Source: Histomonas meleagridis 2922-C6/04-290x
Taxonomy: Eukaryota > Protista > Parabasalia
Direction: 5' to 3'
Assembly (NCBI GenBank): GCA_020184695.1
Contig: JAANOX010000022.1
Span: 1 to 64,000 of the forward strand
Length of the DNA stretch: 64,000 bases
The translations under genes and the position numbers were made by a program. The notes beneath the pieces are model-generated. The model worked only from the letters and a program-made list of their open reading frames with translations. It made no database searches and had not been told where the DNA came from. Each line of letters starts with the position of its first letter. Within the stretch, counting starts at the first letter, position 1. Shown piece after piece: positions 55,177-64,000 of the stretch.

Positions 55177-56052
55177 TTACATAACAAATGATTCAAATTT
55201 TCTATTTTCTCTAATCTTCTTTGCCATTGAATCTACATCTTTTTCTCCTCTACGTTCATCTTCAAGTAATTTATGGAATTTTTCAAAATCAAATTTTGAT
55301 TTATTCTGATGAACTTGAGGAGATTTCTTTATTTGTTTTGGTGAAAACGTTTCTGCAATAACTTGTGGTTTATTTAGAACTTTTACGATATTTTCTTCTG
55401 CTTGATCATTTTTTTTATCTGATTTAATATTTTGAAATTTCAGTTTAATTGACGAAGGATCAAAAATTTCCTCCACAAGTTGTTGAGATGGATTCATTAG
55501 TGATTTTTCGATTTTTATTTTTTTCCCATCATTTAACATGATTTCACAATATTGGGAATCATCTGTTTTTTTATTATCAATTGGTCTGTTTTGCTTGGTA
55601 ATTAAATCCCTTTGTAAATACCAGTTGTAAATCCCTATAAGTGGCTTTGGTGATAATGGAGAAGCTTTGGATGTTTCTTGTAATAGTAAAAATAAATCAG
55701 ATGCAAACTTTTCTTGTGCAGCATAAATTGATTGTCGTGTTTGTGTTAATGCTTGTGCCTTAAGTTGATCTTTTATTTCAAACCACCGGTAAAGAAATTT
55801 GGTCATTTCCTCAAAATGAGGAAAGCACATTAACGGAGATGTCCTTAATGTTTCCATATTAAATCTGTTATGAATAAATTTTGTTTTATTTCCCTGAACT
55901 GTTTTTAATCTTTGTTGGGATTTTAAACATAATATTTTTGTTGATTCATTGAACATATGCAAACGATCATGTTTCCTGATGATATTGCTTAGAGCAGGAT
56001 CATGATAATTTTGTATTTTAAGCGTGGGGTCCTTGAATTCTTTCTTTTTCAT
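55177..56052 (-). CDS. Hypothetical protein
   Basis: 291-aa ORF, Lys-rich, no recognised motif; may extend into 56100-56330 by a frameshift. Confidence 0.5.
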   Translation of the reverse strand: MKKKEFKDPTLKIQNYHDPALSNIIRKHDRLHMFNESTKILCLKSQQRLKTVQGNKTKFIHNRFNMETLRTSPLMCFPHFEEMTKFLYRWFEIKDQLKAQALTQTRQSIYAAQEKFASDLFLLLQETSKASPLSPKPLIGIYNWYLQRDLITKQNRPIDNKKTDDSQYCEIMLNDGKKIKIEKSLMNPSQQLVEEIFDPSSIKLKFQNIKSDKKNDQAEENIVKVLNKPQVIAETFSPKQIKKSPQVHQNKSKFDFEKFHKLLEDERRGEKDVDSMAKKIRENRKFESFVM

Positions 56053-56544
56053 TTTACGAAAACACGTTATTCATTCATAAATAAGAAAATTCTCTTAATT
56101 CAGTTAAACGATAGATCTATCGTGTTCACAACAAAATCATTCATATTCATCAAGCCGGGAATTGAATTCCTTACCATCATGAGAATTAAATTTGATAAGA
56201 AATAAATGAGTAACATGCCAAGTTGTAAAACTTTGGTTTGGATGAAGTGCCTTCTTCGGAATGAAAATGTCGACATCTTTATGTAAGATTTGCAAAAAAA
56301 AAATTTTGTTGCATTGAATAGTCGAATCATATATATTATGTATGTAAAAATTTATTGATATTAATTATGTAATGCGCTTTTCTTTAATAAATTAAAACAA
56401 TACAATTATTCAATCTACTCAGATTTTTTTGTTGAGATCAATAAAACAATATGTTCGTTACAATAATGGCTTAGTTTGAGCTTTAGAGCCAAAGTTTTGT
56501 GACTTGCAATATTTTCTTTTTCTTTTATTATATTATTATAAATT

Positions 56545-58383
56545 TTATGTAAAAGTAAATAAAAAATCGCTCGATGGATTTATATATTTTTTTTCCTTTT
56601 CTAAAAGTAATTTTACCATTTCTTTTTCAGATGCCATCATAAGTGCTGTTTTAAATAATTTAAATAATTTCCATATATTTTTTTGAAACAAAAAAGAATG
56701 AAAATAAATATTAAATAAAATAAATAAATATCTTTAGCACCAACATCAATTCCTTCTTGTTGAAGAAGTAATTTAACAATTTCTATATGACCACTTTCAG
56801 ATGCCCAAATAAGTGCTGTTCTAAACAATTTGAATAGTTTTCGAAAACTATTTTGAAATTAAAAATTATTAAAATAAATATCAAATCAAACAAATAAATA
56901 TCTTTAGCATTAATATCAATTCCTTCTTGTTCAAGAAGTAATTTAACTATTTCTGTATGACCATTATAAGATGCTCTCATAAGTGCTGTTTTAAATAATT
57001 TAAATAATTTCCAAATATTATTTTGAAATATCAAATTATTAAAATAAATATCAAATAAAGCAAATAAATTGTTTTAGCATTAATATCAATTCCTTTTTGT
57101 TCGAGAAGTAATTTAACTATTTCTATATAACCTTTTGAAGATGCATGAATAAGTGCTGTATAAAATAATTTAAATAATTTCCAAATATTATTTTGGAATA
57201 TAAAATTATTAAAATAAACATCAAATAAAGCAAATAAATACCTTTAGCATTAATATCAATTCCTTTTTGCTTTAAAATGTATGTAACAAGTTCAATATTT
57301 GAAAATGAAGCAAAAACTAAAATATTTCCTGGAAGTTGATTATTTTACAAGAAAAATATTTCCAATTTTTGCTGCTTCATTAATGATATTTTCATCAATT
57401 TTCATTCCTTCTTTTTCTAAATATGAAAAAATTTCATAATTAAAATATGAAACACATATTACTCCTAATTCTTCTAATTTTTTAATTTTGTTAATATTAT
57501 TTTCATAAATATATTTAAAGATACCATTTCGATGAAACTTAATTGCTGTTTCATATGCTTTAACAAATGATGAATGATTTTGTTCACATAAATGAATGAT
57601 TTCTTCATTTCCACCTGCAACTGCATATTTACCTGTGTTATATATTCTAGAACCATTCATAAGTAAATATTTAAAACATTTAACTGAAGAAAAAAATGCT
57701 GCATAATCAATTAATGTAACATTTTCTTTATTAATAAATGAACATCTTTCATAAAGTGATGGTATTATTGTTTGATTAAAATCAAAGTTTGTTTGTGATG
57801 ATATTTCTTGAAGTTTTTCTATTTCATCGTTTCGAATTATTTTCGCAATTTCACTTGGATTATGTCCTTCTTTAATTAATTGTTTATGAAGTGCAAAATC
57901 ATTCTTTGAAACTTTTTCATAAGCAACATTTTCTTGATCAAATAAATTTTTATCTGATTTATCTTTATGGATATGAACAAAAAATGGAATGTTTGTTGGA
58001 ATGATTTTTGATTCAAGTAAATTATGTTCAATCATGCAATTAAGTAAATAAAATGATTCCTGCGTGTTTTCTTTAAGTAGAAAATGAGAAAATAAGTTTA
58101 TTATTTTCGAGTTGATTTTATTATTTTCTTCAAATTTTTCAATTTCCTGTAATAATTTCAAATATACATCAAAATTATTATTATTAATCAGAAGAGATGC
58201 ATATATCATCCTACTTATAATGATGTCATAAGATTTTGGATATTCTTTACAAAACTTGCTGATAATGAAATTTGATGATTGAGCAAAATTATCTATATTC
58301 AAACCAAAGATTATATTTTTGAACGTTGTAAATGTTGCTTGTTCGTTTTGAGATTTTATATTTGCATCTTCTTGGTTACGCAT
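56545..58383 (-). CDS. DUF3447/ankyrin-repeat gene (locus E) with four 77-nt spacers; extra lesion near 57340
   Basis: ORF 57340-58401 (ATG 58383) stops at GNIFLVK through a small frameshifting deletion relative to locus A; ankyrin blocks follow. Confidence 0.72.
56650..57236 (-). repeat. 170-nt ankyrin/spacer array, locus E
   Basis: AAGTGCTGT at 56641, 56811, 56981, 57151 (exact 170 spacing). Confidence 0.95.
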
Positions 58384-58850
58384 TTTGAATTGTATTTGCA
58401 AAAACGTATGGCACTGTCACTTTTAAAATTGAAAAGTGATTTTAGAAAAAACCAGAAAAGTATTTACAGTACATATCATTAAGATTTACCCTTTCTCATC
58501 TTATTTTTTACAGAATAACAAAGCAAAAAGAAGTTGAGCATATTTGTTAATAACCTTTGAGCTTCTACTTTCGCATTATCGGACAAAACTGGTTAAGGTG
58601 AGTTTCCTATGAAATTAATTTCGTTGGTCTAATTAACGAGACATAATAGCTTGAATTTGCTGTGAAAATTGAACAAACGCATTTTTTTCAATAGTTGAAA
58701 TTTTCTATTTTTGACCAATTTCTCAAAAAAGTGATTAGTGTTATACTATCTGAGAAAAACGGCAACTTTAAGTGTTTATTTTTTCCATCGTCCATTCAAA
58801 TTTTGTGTGATTGTAAATTTTTTGAGAGTAGCAAAAAGTGATGGTGACAT

Positions 58851-61190
58851 TTAGACATTCTTATTTTTTATTAAATTAATTACTTCTTCTTTCGAGAAGG
58901 AAAACTCATCAAACCCGTCCATTTCAGCGTCTATTGCCTCCAGGACAATTTTTTCCAACTTTTCCATCGCTATACTTAGGTATGGTACATATTTCTTTAT
59001 ATCGTTAACCGTTGGATTTTCTATGTATCTCAATTTGGCAAAAACTGACCGTACGATAGCTATTGCAATCAACTTTGACATTTTGAAGTTATTTCTATAG
59101 TTTTCATTGAATTCCTTTTGTATCGTTGCTGGTATTTCTAAAGCCTTAACGATCTCCATCGTACATTTGCCTTCTATATGGATTGGCTGATAAAAGTCAT
59201 GGTAGTCATCTAAATACCATTTCATGTCGTTTACCATGTTCCATTTTCCAGAGCCAGGAATAGCCTCATGGATTTTTGTTGCTTTATCCATTGAAATTAT
59301 CGACTTTATAATCATTTGCAACAACAACATTGTAAACATTTGCCAAATCTTTGGTACATCTTCAACCATATCTTCGTTTGCGAATTTAGCCACATAATCA
59401 TTTAACAAATTAATAATATTATTATCATCCAATGCTACTTTAGGCTTCTTTTCAGTCATAAAATATGCGACAAAATAACAGAAGTCATATGTATCATGAG
59501 TTTGATCAGGTAATATATCCAATGCCGAATTTAAGAAATCATAAAATGATAATCCTTCAATTTCACTTGGTATTTTTGAATCATCTTCTTGAAATGTCGA
59601 AAATGCGCTTCTAACCAATGATGAAATTTCTTCTTTTTTAGGTTTCTCTTTGACCTCAATTTTATTTTCAAGATTCACTTGTTCATTCTTTAGCCATTTG
59701 TTTTTAACTTCTTCAACATCCAATAATAAGAAGTGTAAGCGTGATGGTATATCTTTACGATTTGCTAATAAATTTAATTTCTCCCAAATTCCAGGTTTCT
59801 TTTTTTCAACAGTTTTTGTGAAGTTTATTCCGGCCGATAGAATAAACGACTTCAACATCTCAACATGATGCGGGTGAATGTTGTCTTCTTCCAAATAATT
59901 TAAAAGTTTCTCTAACATTTGGAGGCCGGTGCTTTTGGCGGAGATAATATTAAGTTCTAATAATGCACCAACAAATGCAGCATAACCACTACAGATTTCA
60001 CAGTCAGATTCACCATTACCAGGGTTCGCTGACCAATCATAGAACTTGTTGATTGCACTTTTTTGGATTTTAGAGTTTAATTCAGTATCTGTACATTTCT
60101 TGACAAACTCCGCAAAGAGCTTGGAATAGTTTTTCTCAGAAGCTGCCTTTTGGACAAATGACTCTGCCGCAAATTCGCGCTTTTCTGAGGTGGTAAGTTT
60201 ATCCAATAATTTCGATAAGACATCATCAAGTTGTTTGGCTGTAAGTCGGTTAAAGAGTGTACGAACATTGATTTGAAACGCTTCGTCGGTATCTTCGTCC
60301 CACATTTCTGCTTTCTTGAGGAAATGAGATGGCAGATATGCAGTATTACCATCATCGCGGGTTGAATCGACTAAGCTTGCCTCGGCCTTTCGAGAAGAAC
60401 GAGAATAATTTGCTTTGTTGGAATATTTTTTGCTATATGTATCAGTTGATGATGATTGCAAATCGGCAAGATAGTTCATTAATAGCACATAACCACGCGA
60501 ATTACGTTCGAATTTTTGTTTTTGATTCGATTTACGAATTTTTTTGCCAATGTTGTTCAGAACATTTGGTTGAAATGAAGGAAGGGTAAGAATTACAAGG
60601 TTTTTCGGAGACGTGTTACGCTCGATGGCTATTGTTGTTGGCTTCTTATTGGGTGCGTCGAATTGAATTTTATTGCTTTTATCTTTATCTTTTTCAATTT
60701 TGATTTCTTTTCCATTCGGAACTTTTATGTCTAATACACTACTTTGGCTGGGTTTCTTAACAATTACGAGCCCACTGTTGTTTGGCTTTTGAACATCTAG
60801 CGCACTGGGAGGCTTAATTGGTATCGAATGGTTTGGTTGAATGGTAATATTACCACGTGGCTTGGGTTTGGTCACAAATAATTCACTTTGATTTGTGTGA
60901 TTGTCGTTTGGTTTAGGAATATTCGAATTCCTATTATCTGGCTGATATACAAAATTTTGTTGATGTGGCCTGTTGGAAAATTGGCCATGGCTGACCTGTA
61001 TACTGCGTGGTGTGTTGTATGTAAATTTATCGTGATTTGAATTTGACCATTCATGATTCGATGTACGTCGATCAGAATTAGGCCTTTTTTCGTTTTGACT
61101 TTGGTGATTCGGTGGATATTTAATATCTATTGACAAGTCACCCTCTGAACTCATAATTTTATTATCATTTGAATTTGGAGGATTGGACAT
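58851..61190 (-). CDS. eIF4G-like MIF4G-domain protein
   Basis: VRTLFNRLT, FVQKAASEKNYSKLFAEF, YAAFVGALL, SRLHFLLLDV; disordered N-terminus; helical C-terminal domain. Confidence 0.78.
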   Translation of the reverse strand: MSNPPNSNDNKIMSSEGDLSIDIKYPPNHQSQNEKRPNSDRRTSNHEWSNSNHDKFTYNTPRSIQVSHGQFSNRPHQQNFVYQPDNRNSNIPKPNDNHTNQSELFVTKPKPRGNITIQPNHSIPIKPPSALDVQKPNNSGLVIVKKPSQSSVLDIKVPNGKEIKIEKDKDKSNKIQFDAPNKKPTTIAIERNTSPKNLVILTLPSFQPNVLNNIGKKIRKSNQKQKFERNSRGYVLLMNYLADLQSSSTDTYSKKYSNKANYSRSSRKAEASLVDSTRDDGNTAYLPSHFLKKAEMWDEDTDEAFQINVRTLFNRLTAKQLDDVLSKLLDKLTTSEKREFAAESFVQKAASEKNYSKLFAEFVKKCTDTELNSKIQKSAINKFYDWSANPGNGESDCEICSGYAAFVGALLELNIISAKSTGLQMLEKLLNYLEEDNIHPHHVEMLKSFILSAGINFTKTVEKKKPGIWEKLNLLANRKDIPSRLHFLLLDVEEVKNKWLKNEQVNLENKIEVKEKPKKEEISSLVRSAFSTFQEDDSKIPSEIEGLSFYDFLNSALDILPDQTHDTYDFCYFVAYFMTEKKPKVALDDNNIINLLNDYVAKFANEDMVEDVPKIWQMFTMLLLQMIIKSIISMDKATKIHEAIPGSGKWNMVNDMKWYLDDYHDFYQPIHIEGKCTMEIVKALEIPATIQKEFNENYRNNFKMSKLIAIAIVRSVFAKLRYIENPTVNDIKKYVPYLSIAMEKLEKIVLEAIDAEMDGFDEFSFSKEEVINLIKNKNV

Positions 61191-61624
61191 GTATTAAAGT
61201 GGACTTAACCGCCCATTTGGAGGTTTATTGATATAGCGTAGTTTTGTGTAAACTATTTAAAAAATCTCATGAGAATTTTCTTAAATTATAATTTAAATAT
61301 CCATTATAAATGCTATGCACCAATAGAACATGATCACAAACAATCGTATTTTCAAAATCGTTAATAATATAAATATTTAATTATTGTTAAAGAGAAATAT
61401 GTTTTCATAAAAACACAAAAACCAAATTTTTCCAACCTAAAAATTATTTTGCAATAACGATGTAATACACATTTTATTCTTAAAAATAAATTCGGAATTA
61501 TAGCACAAAGCCCCAGATTAGTAACGACCGTTACCATTATACGTATTCAAAATTCGCCTTCGTTACGACAGAAGACGTTAATATTTCAATGATGTAAAAC
61601 CGTCATTTGACAGCCATTTGAGAA

Positions 61625-63067
61625 ATGGGGTTCGATCTGCTCCACTTTCTGCAGCCAGTCCTTAACTTCGTGCCTACAGTACCTAAACCAAAGAATGATA
61701 TTGACATTAGAAGGAGATTGATGTATACTTTTGCAGCACTTGCTTTATATCTTGTTTGCACATTAACTCCACTTTATGGTGTTCGTAAGGTCGCTCATCA
61801 AGACCCAATGTACCACCTTCGTCTCCTTACTGCTTCTTCCAAGTATACACTTATGGAACTTGGTATCTCCCCAATTGTTAGCTCAGGTATGATTCTTCAA
61901 CTCCTCTCCGGATTCGGACTTATCAATCGTGATCAAACAAATCAAGAATCAACAGCACTTTTCGATGCAGCTCAAAAACTTGCTGGTTTAGTAATGACAT
62001 TATTCCAAGCATGCACAGCTCTCTTCACAGGCCAATACGGAGTTCTTAAAGACATTGGAGTTTTCGGTTCAGTTGCAATCATCGCTCAATTACTTGTTGC
62101 TGCCGTCGTTGTTATCCTTCTTGATGAAATGCTTCAAAATGGCTATGGCATTGGCTCCGGTATTTCATTATTCATTGCTACAAACATTTGCGAACAAATT
62201 GTTTGGCGTCTTTTCTCATTCCAATCCTTCACTTATGGACGTGGTAAAGAATATGAAGGTGCAATTGTTGCATTCTTCCATCTTCTTATCACACGTAAAG
62301 ATAAACTCAGAGCTATTCGCGAAGCTATGTTCCGCTCACACCTTCCAAACCTTTCCAACGTCTTCTCGACGCTTCTTGTCTTCATCGCAGTCATTTTCTT
62401 TGAGCACATCAAAATTGACGTCCGTTTAATGACGACCGTTAACCGTGCCGATCCAAAACCGTTCGAGATTAAGCTTTTCTATGCATCCACTACGCCAATC
62501 ATTGTTCAATCCACAGTTATTTCACAAATCTGCTCATTCTCAAGAATCATTTGTTCACGTTGGCCAGAATCAATTGTTACACGTATTCTTGGTGTCTGGA
62601 GATCACCAGAACAAGGCTTAGGTGACGAATATGCAGTTCCAATCAGTGGTTTAGCATATTATCTTCAAGCCCCAACATCAATCAAACATACACTTAATGA
62701 TCCATTACATACACTCATTTATTTGATCATCATTTTGAGCTCTGCTGGTATCATTGCTTATTACTACATTAACATTAGTGGCCAATCTGCTAAGGATGTC
62801 GCTAATAGTCTTAAGGCACAACACCTTACAATCCAAGGACATCGTGAAGACAAGAACGCCATTGCGAAGAAACTTAACTACTACATCCCAACAGCGGCGG
62901 CACTCGGAGGTATCCTCACTGGACTTCTCTCATTCGTCGCCGACTTCCTTGGCGCATTCGGATCTGGAACGGGTATCATTTTGGCAGTCTCAATCCTTTA
63001 CCAGTTCGCTGAAGAGGTCAGCAAAGAGGCCGCCAAATCAGGAGGAGCGCTCTCATTCCTTTTCTAA
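61625..63067 (+). CDS. SEC61A: Protein transport protein Sec61 alpha
   Basis: TLMELGISPIVSSGMILQLL, GYGIGSGISLFIATNICE, PIKL-like FEIKLFYAS, YIPTAAALGG, GSGTGIILAV. Confidence 0.97.
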   Translation: MGFDLLHFLQPVLNFVPTVPKPKNDIDIRRRLMYTFAALALYLVCTLTPLYGVRKVAHQDPMYHLRLLTASSKYTLMELGISPIVSSGMILQLLSGFGLINRDQTNQESTALFDAAQKLAGLVMTLFQACTALFTGQYGVLKDIGVFGSVAIIAQLLVAAVVVILLDEMLQNGYGIGSGISLFIATNICEQIVWRLFSFQSFTYGRGKEYEGAIVAFFHLLITRKDKLRAIREAMFRSHLPNLSNVFSTLLVFIAVIFFEHIKIDVRLMTTVNRADPKPFEIKLFYASTTPIIVQSTVISQICSFSRIICSRWPESIVTRILGVWRSPEQGLGDEYAVPISGLAYYLQAPTSIKHTLNDPLHTLIYLIIILSSAGIIAYYYINISGQSAKDVANSLKAQHLTIQGHREDKNAIAKKLNYYIPTAAALGGILTGLLSFVADFLGAFGSGTGIILAVSILYQFAEEVSKEAAKSGGALSFLF

Positions 63068-64000
63068 TTTGATTCAAGTAAATTCTAACAGATTTATTTT
63101 GTGTTCATATAAAAGCAATATGTGTGGACTTGAAGTTATGAAACATTCGCAATAAATTAAATTTGAAAATAAATTGCAAATATACAAAAAGGGATGAGAG
63201 ACATCAGCCAAACAGTTGTGTTATTTGGCAATACTCATAAGAATGTCAGACATGTTTTCAAAAACTACTGCTTAACAATATTTATATGGATGCACATAAT
63301 ATTAGAGGAAACATTTGCTTATACAACGCACAAAATTAGGTAGTGAATTGGCCACTCTGTTGTATGCTAAGCTGTGTGGTTGCCTACAAAAGGTTTTATT
63401 TTATTAGAATGAATAAAACATATCTTTTTGAAGTTATTGATTTTTTTTTTTTTTTTTATAATAGAATGTACAGAGCAACTTTATAATAAGTCAGTTATGT
63501 CTAAATGTACAATAAAAAGGAGATCATAAATATTGGTGAATAAAAACCATTTGATGAAAAACAATAATAGCAGAAAATTAGAAGTTATATCTTATGTAAT
63601 TTAGTGGGTGCATTCTCTAAATGTAGGACTTCGAGATGCTATTCATTAAAAAGATGACTTCAATTTTTATCCGTAAAAACATCTTTGCAGTAAGGAAAAC
63701 CAGGCCACGGTTTTTGTTGAAAAACCGATGATTTATTTATTGAATTTAGTATCGGTATTGTTCGATTTTCGTTAAATTTGAATAGTTTATAACAGTATTG
63801 TGTTGTTTATTCATTTCCACTGAATTAATTCAGAGAAATTTAAAACGATAAATTTGCCGCAAAAAAATGACTTCATATTTGGGTTATTTCATTTATGGCT
63901 TATCCTCCCATAATAAGTACAACCAATATACCACATTGGATCCAAGGGAGTAATATGACAATACGAAGAAATGACCAAATTCAAAGAACAATAAGAAGAA

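Noticed and set aside
63070-64000. Possible gene or element at the window end
   Set aside because: No ORF of 60 aa or more downstream of the Sec61 shadow ORF, and no repeat or structure that I could support.

Overview
Very AT-rich eukaryotic DNA with no evident GT-AG introns. It is most likely a parabasalid (Tritrichomonas/Trichomonas-like); this is inferred from DUF3447-ankyrin genes, a BspA-like LRR protein and divergent Rabs. Housekeeping genes include a PPP phosphatase, Rab GTPases, AP-4 epsilon, thioredoxin, a TTLL, a TTC25-like TPR protein, a cyclin, a CKK/CAMSAP-domain protein, TFIIF-beta, a SWI3-like protein, an eIF4G-like protein and Sec61-alpha. The window also has a Tc1-type transposon nested in a second TIR element, three copies of a tRNA-like gene with a 32-33-nt insert, and a ~23-kb inverted duplication (arms ~16.9-26.6 kb and ~30.6-40.2 kb). 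The most striking signal is in the ankyrin arrays of four DUF3447 genes plus one remnant: a non-coding spacer interrupts the repeats at the same site (between ...N-A-K-D-I and T-A-L...). I counted exactly 77 nt in 18 of 23 measured spacers despite heavy sequence divergence, giving a 170-nt period. The spacers break the reading frame and lack GT-AG ends. In 15 of the 18 they keep an in-frame GGN at spacer positions 55-57, which could supply the missing ankyrin glycine. This points to an unrecognised non-canonical RNA-processing or recoding mechanism. It is a hypothesis that needs cDNA and peptide data. All counts were done by eye.
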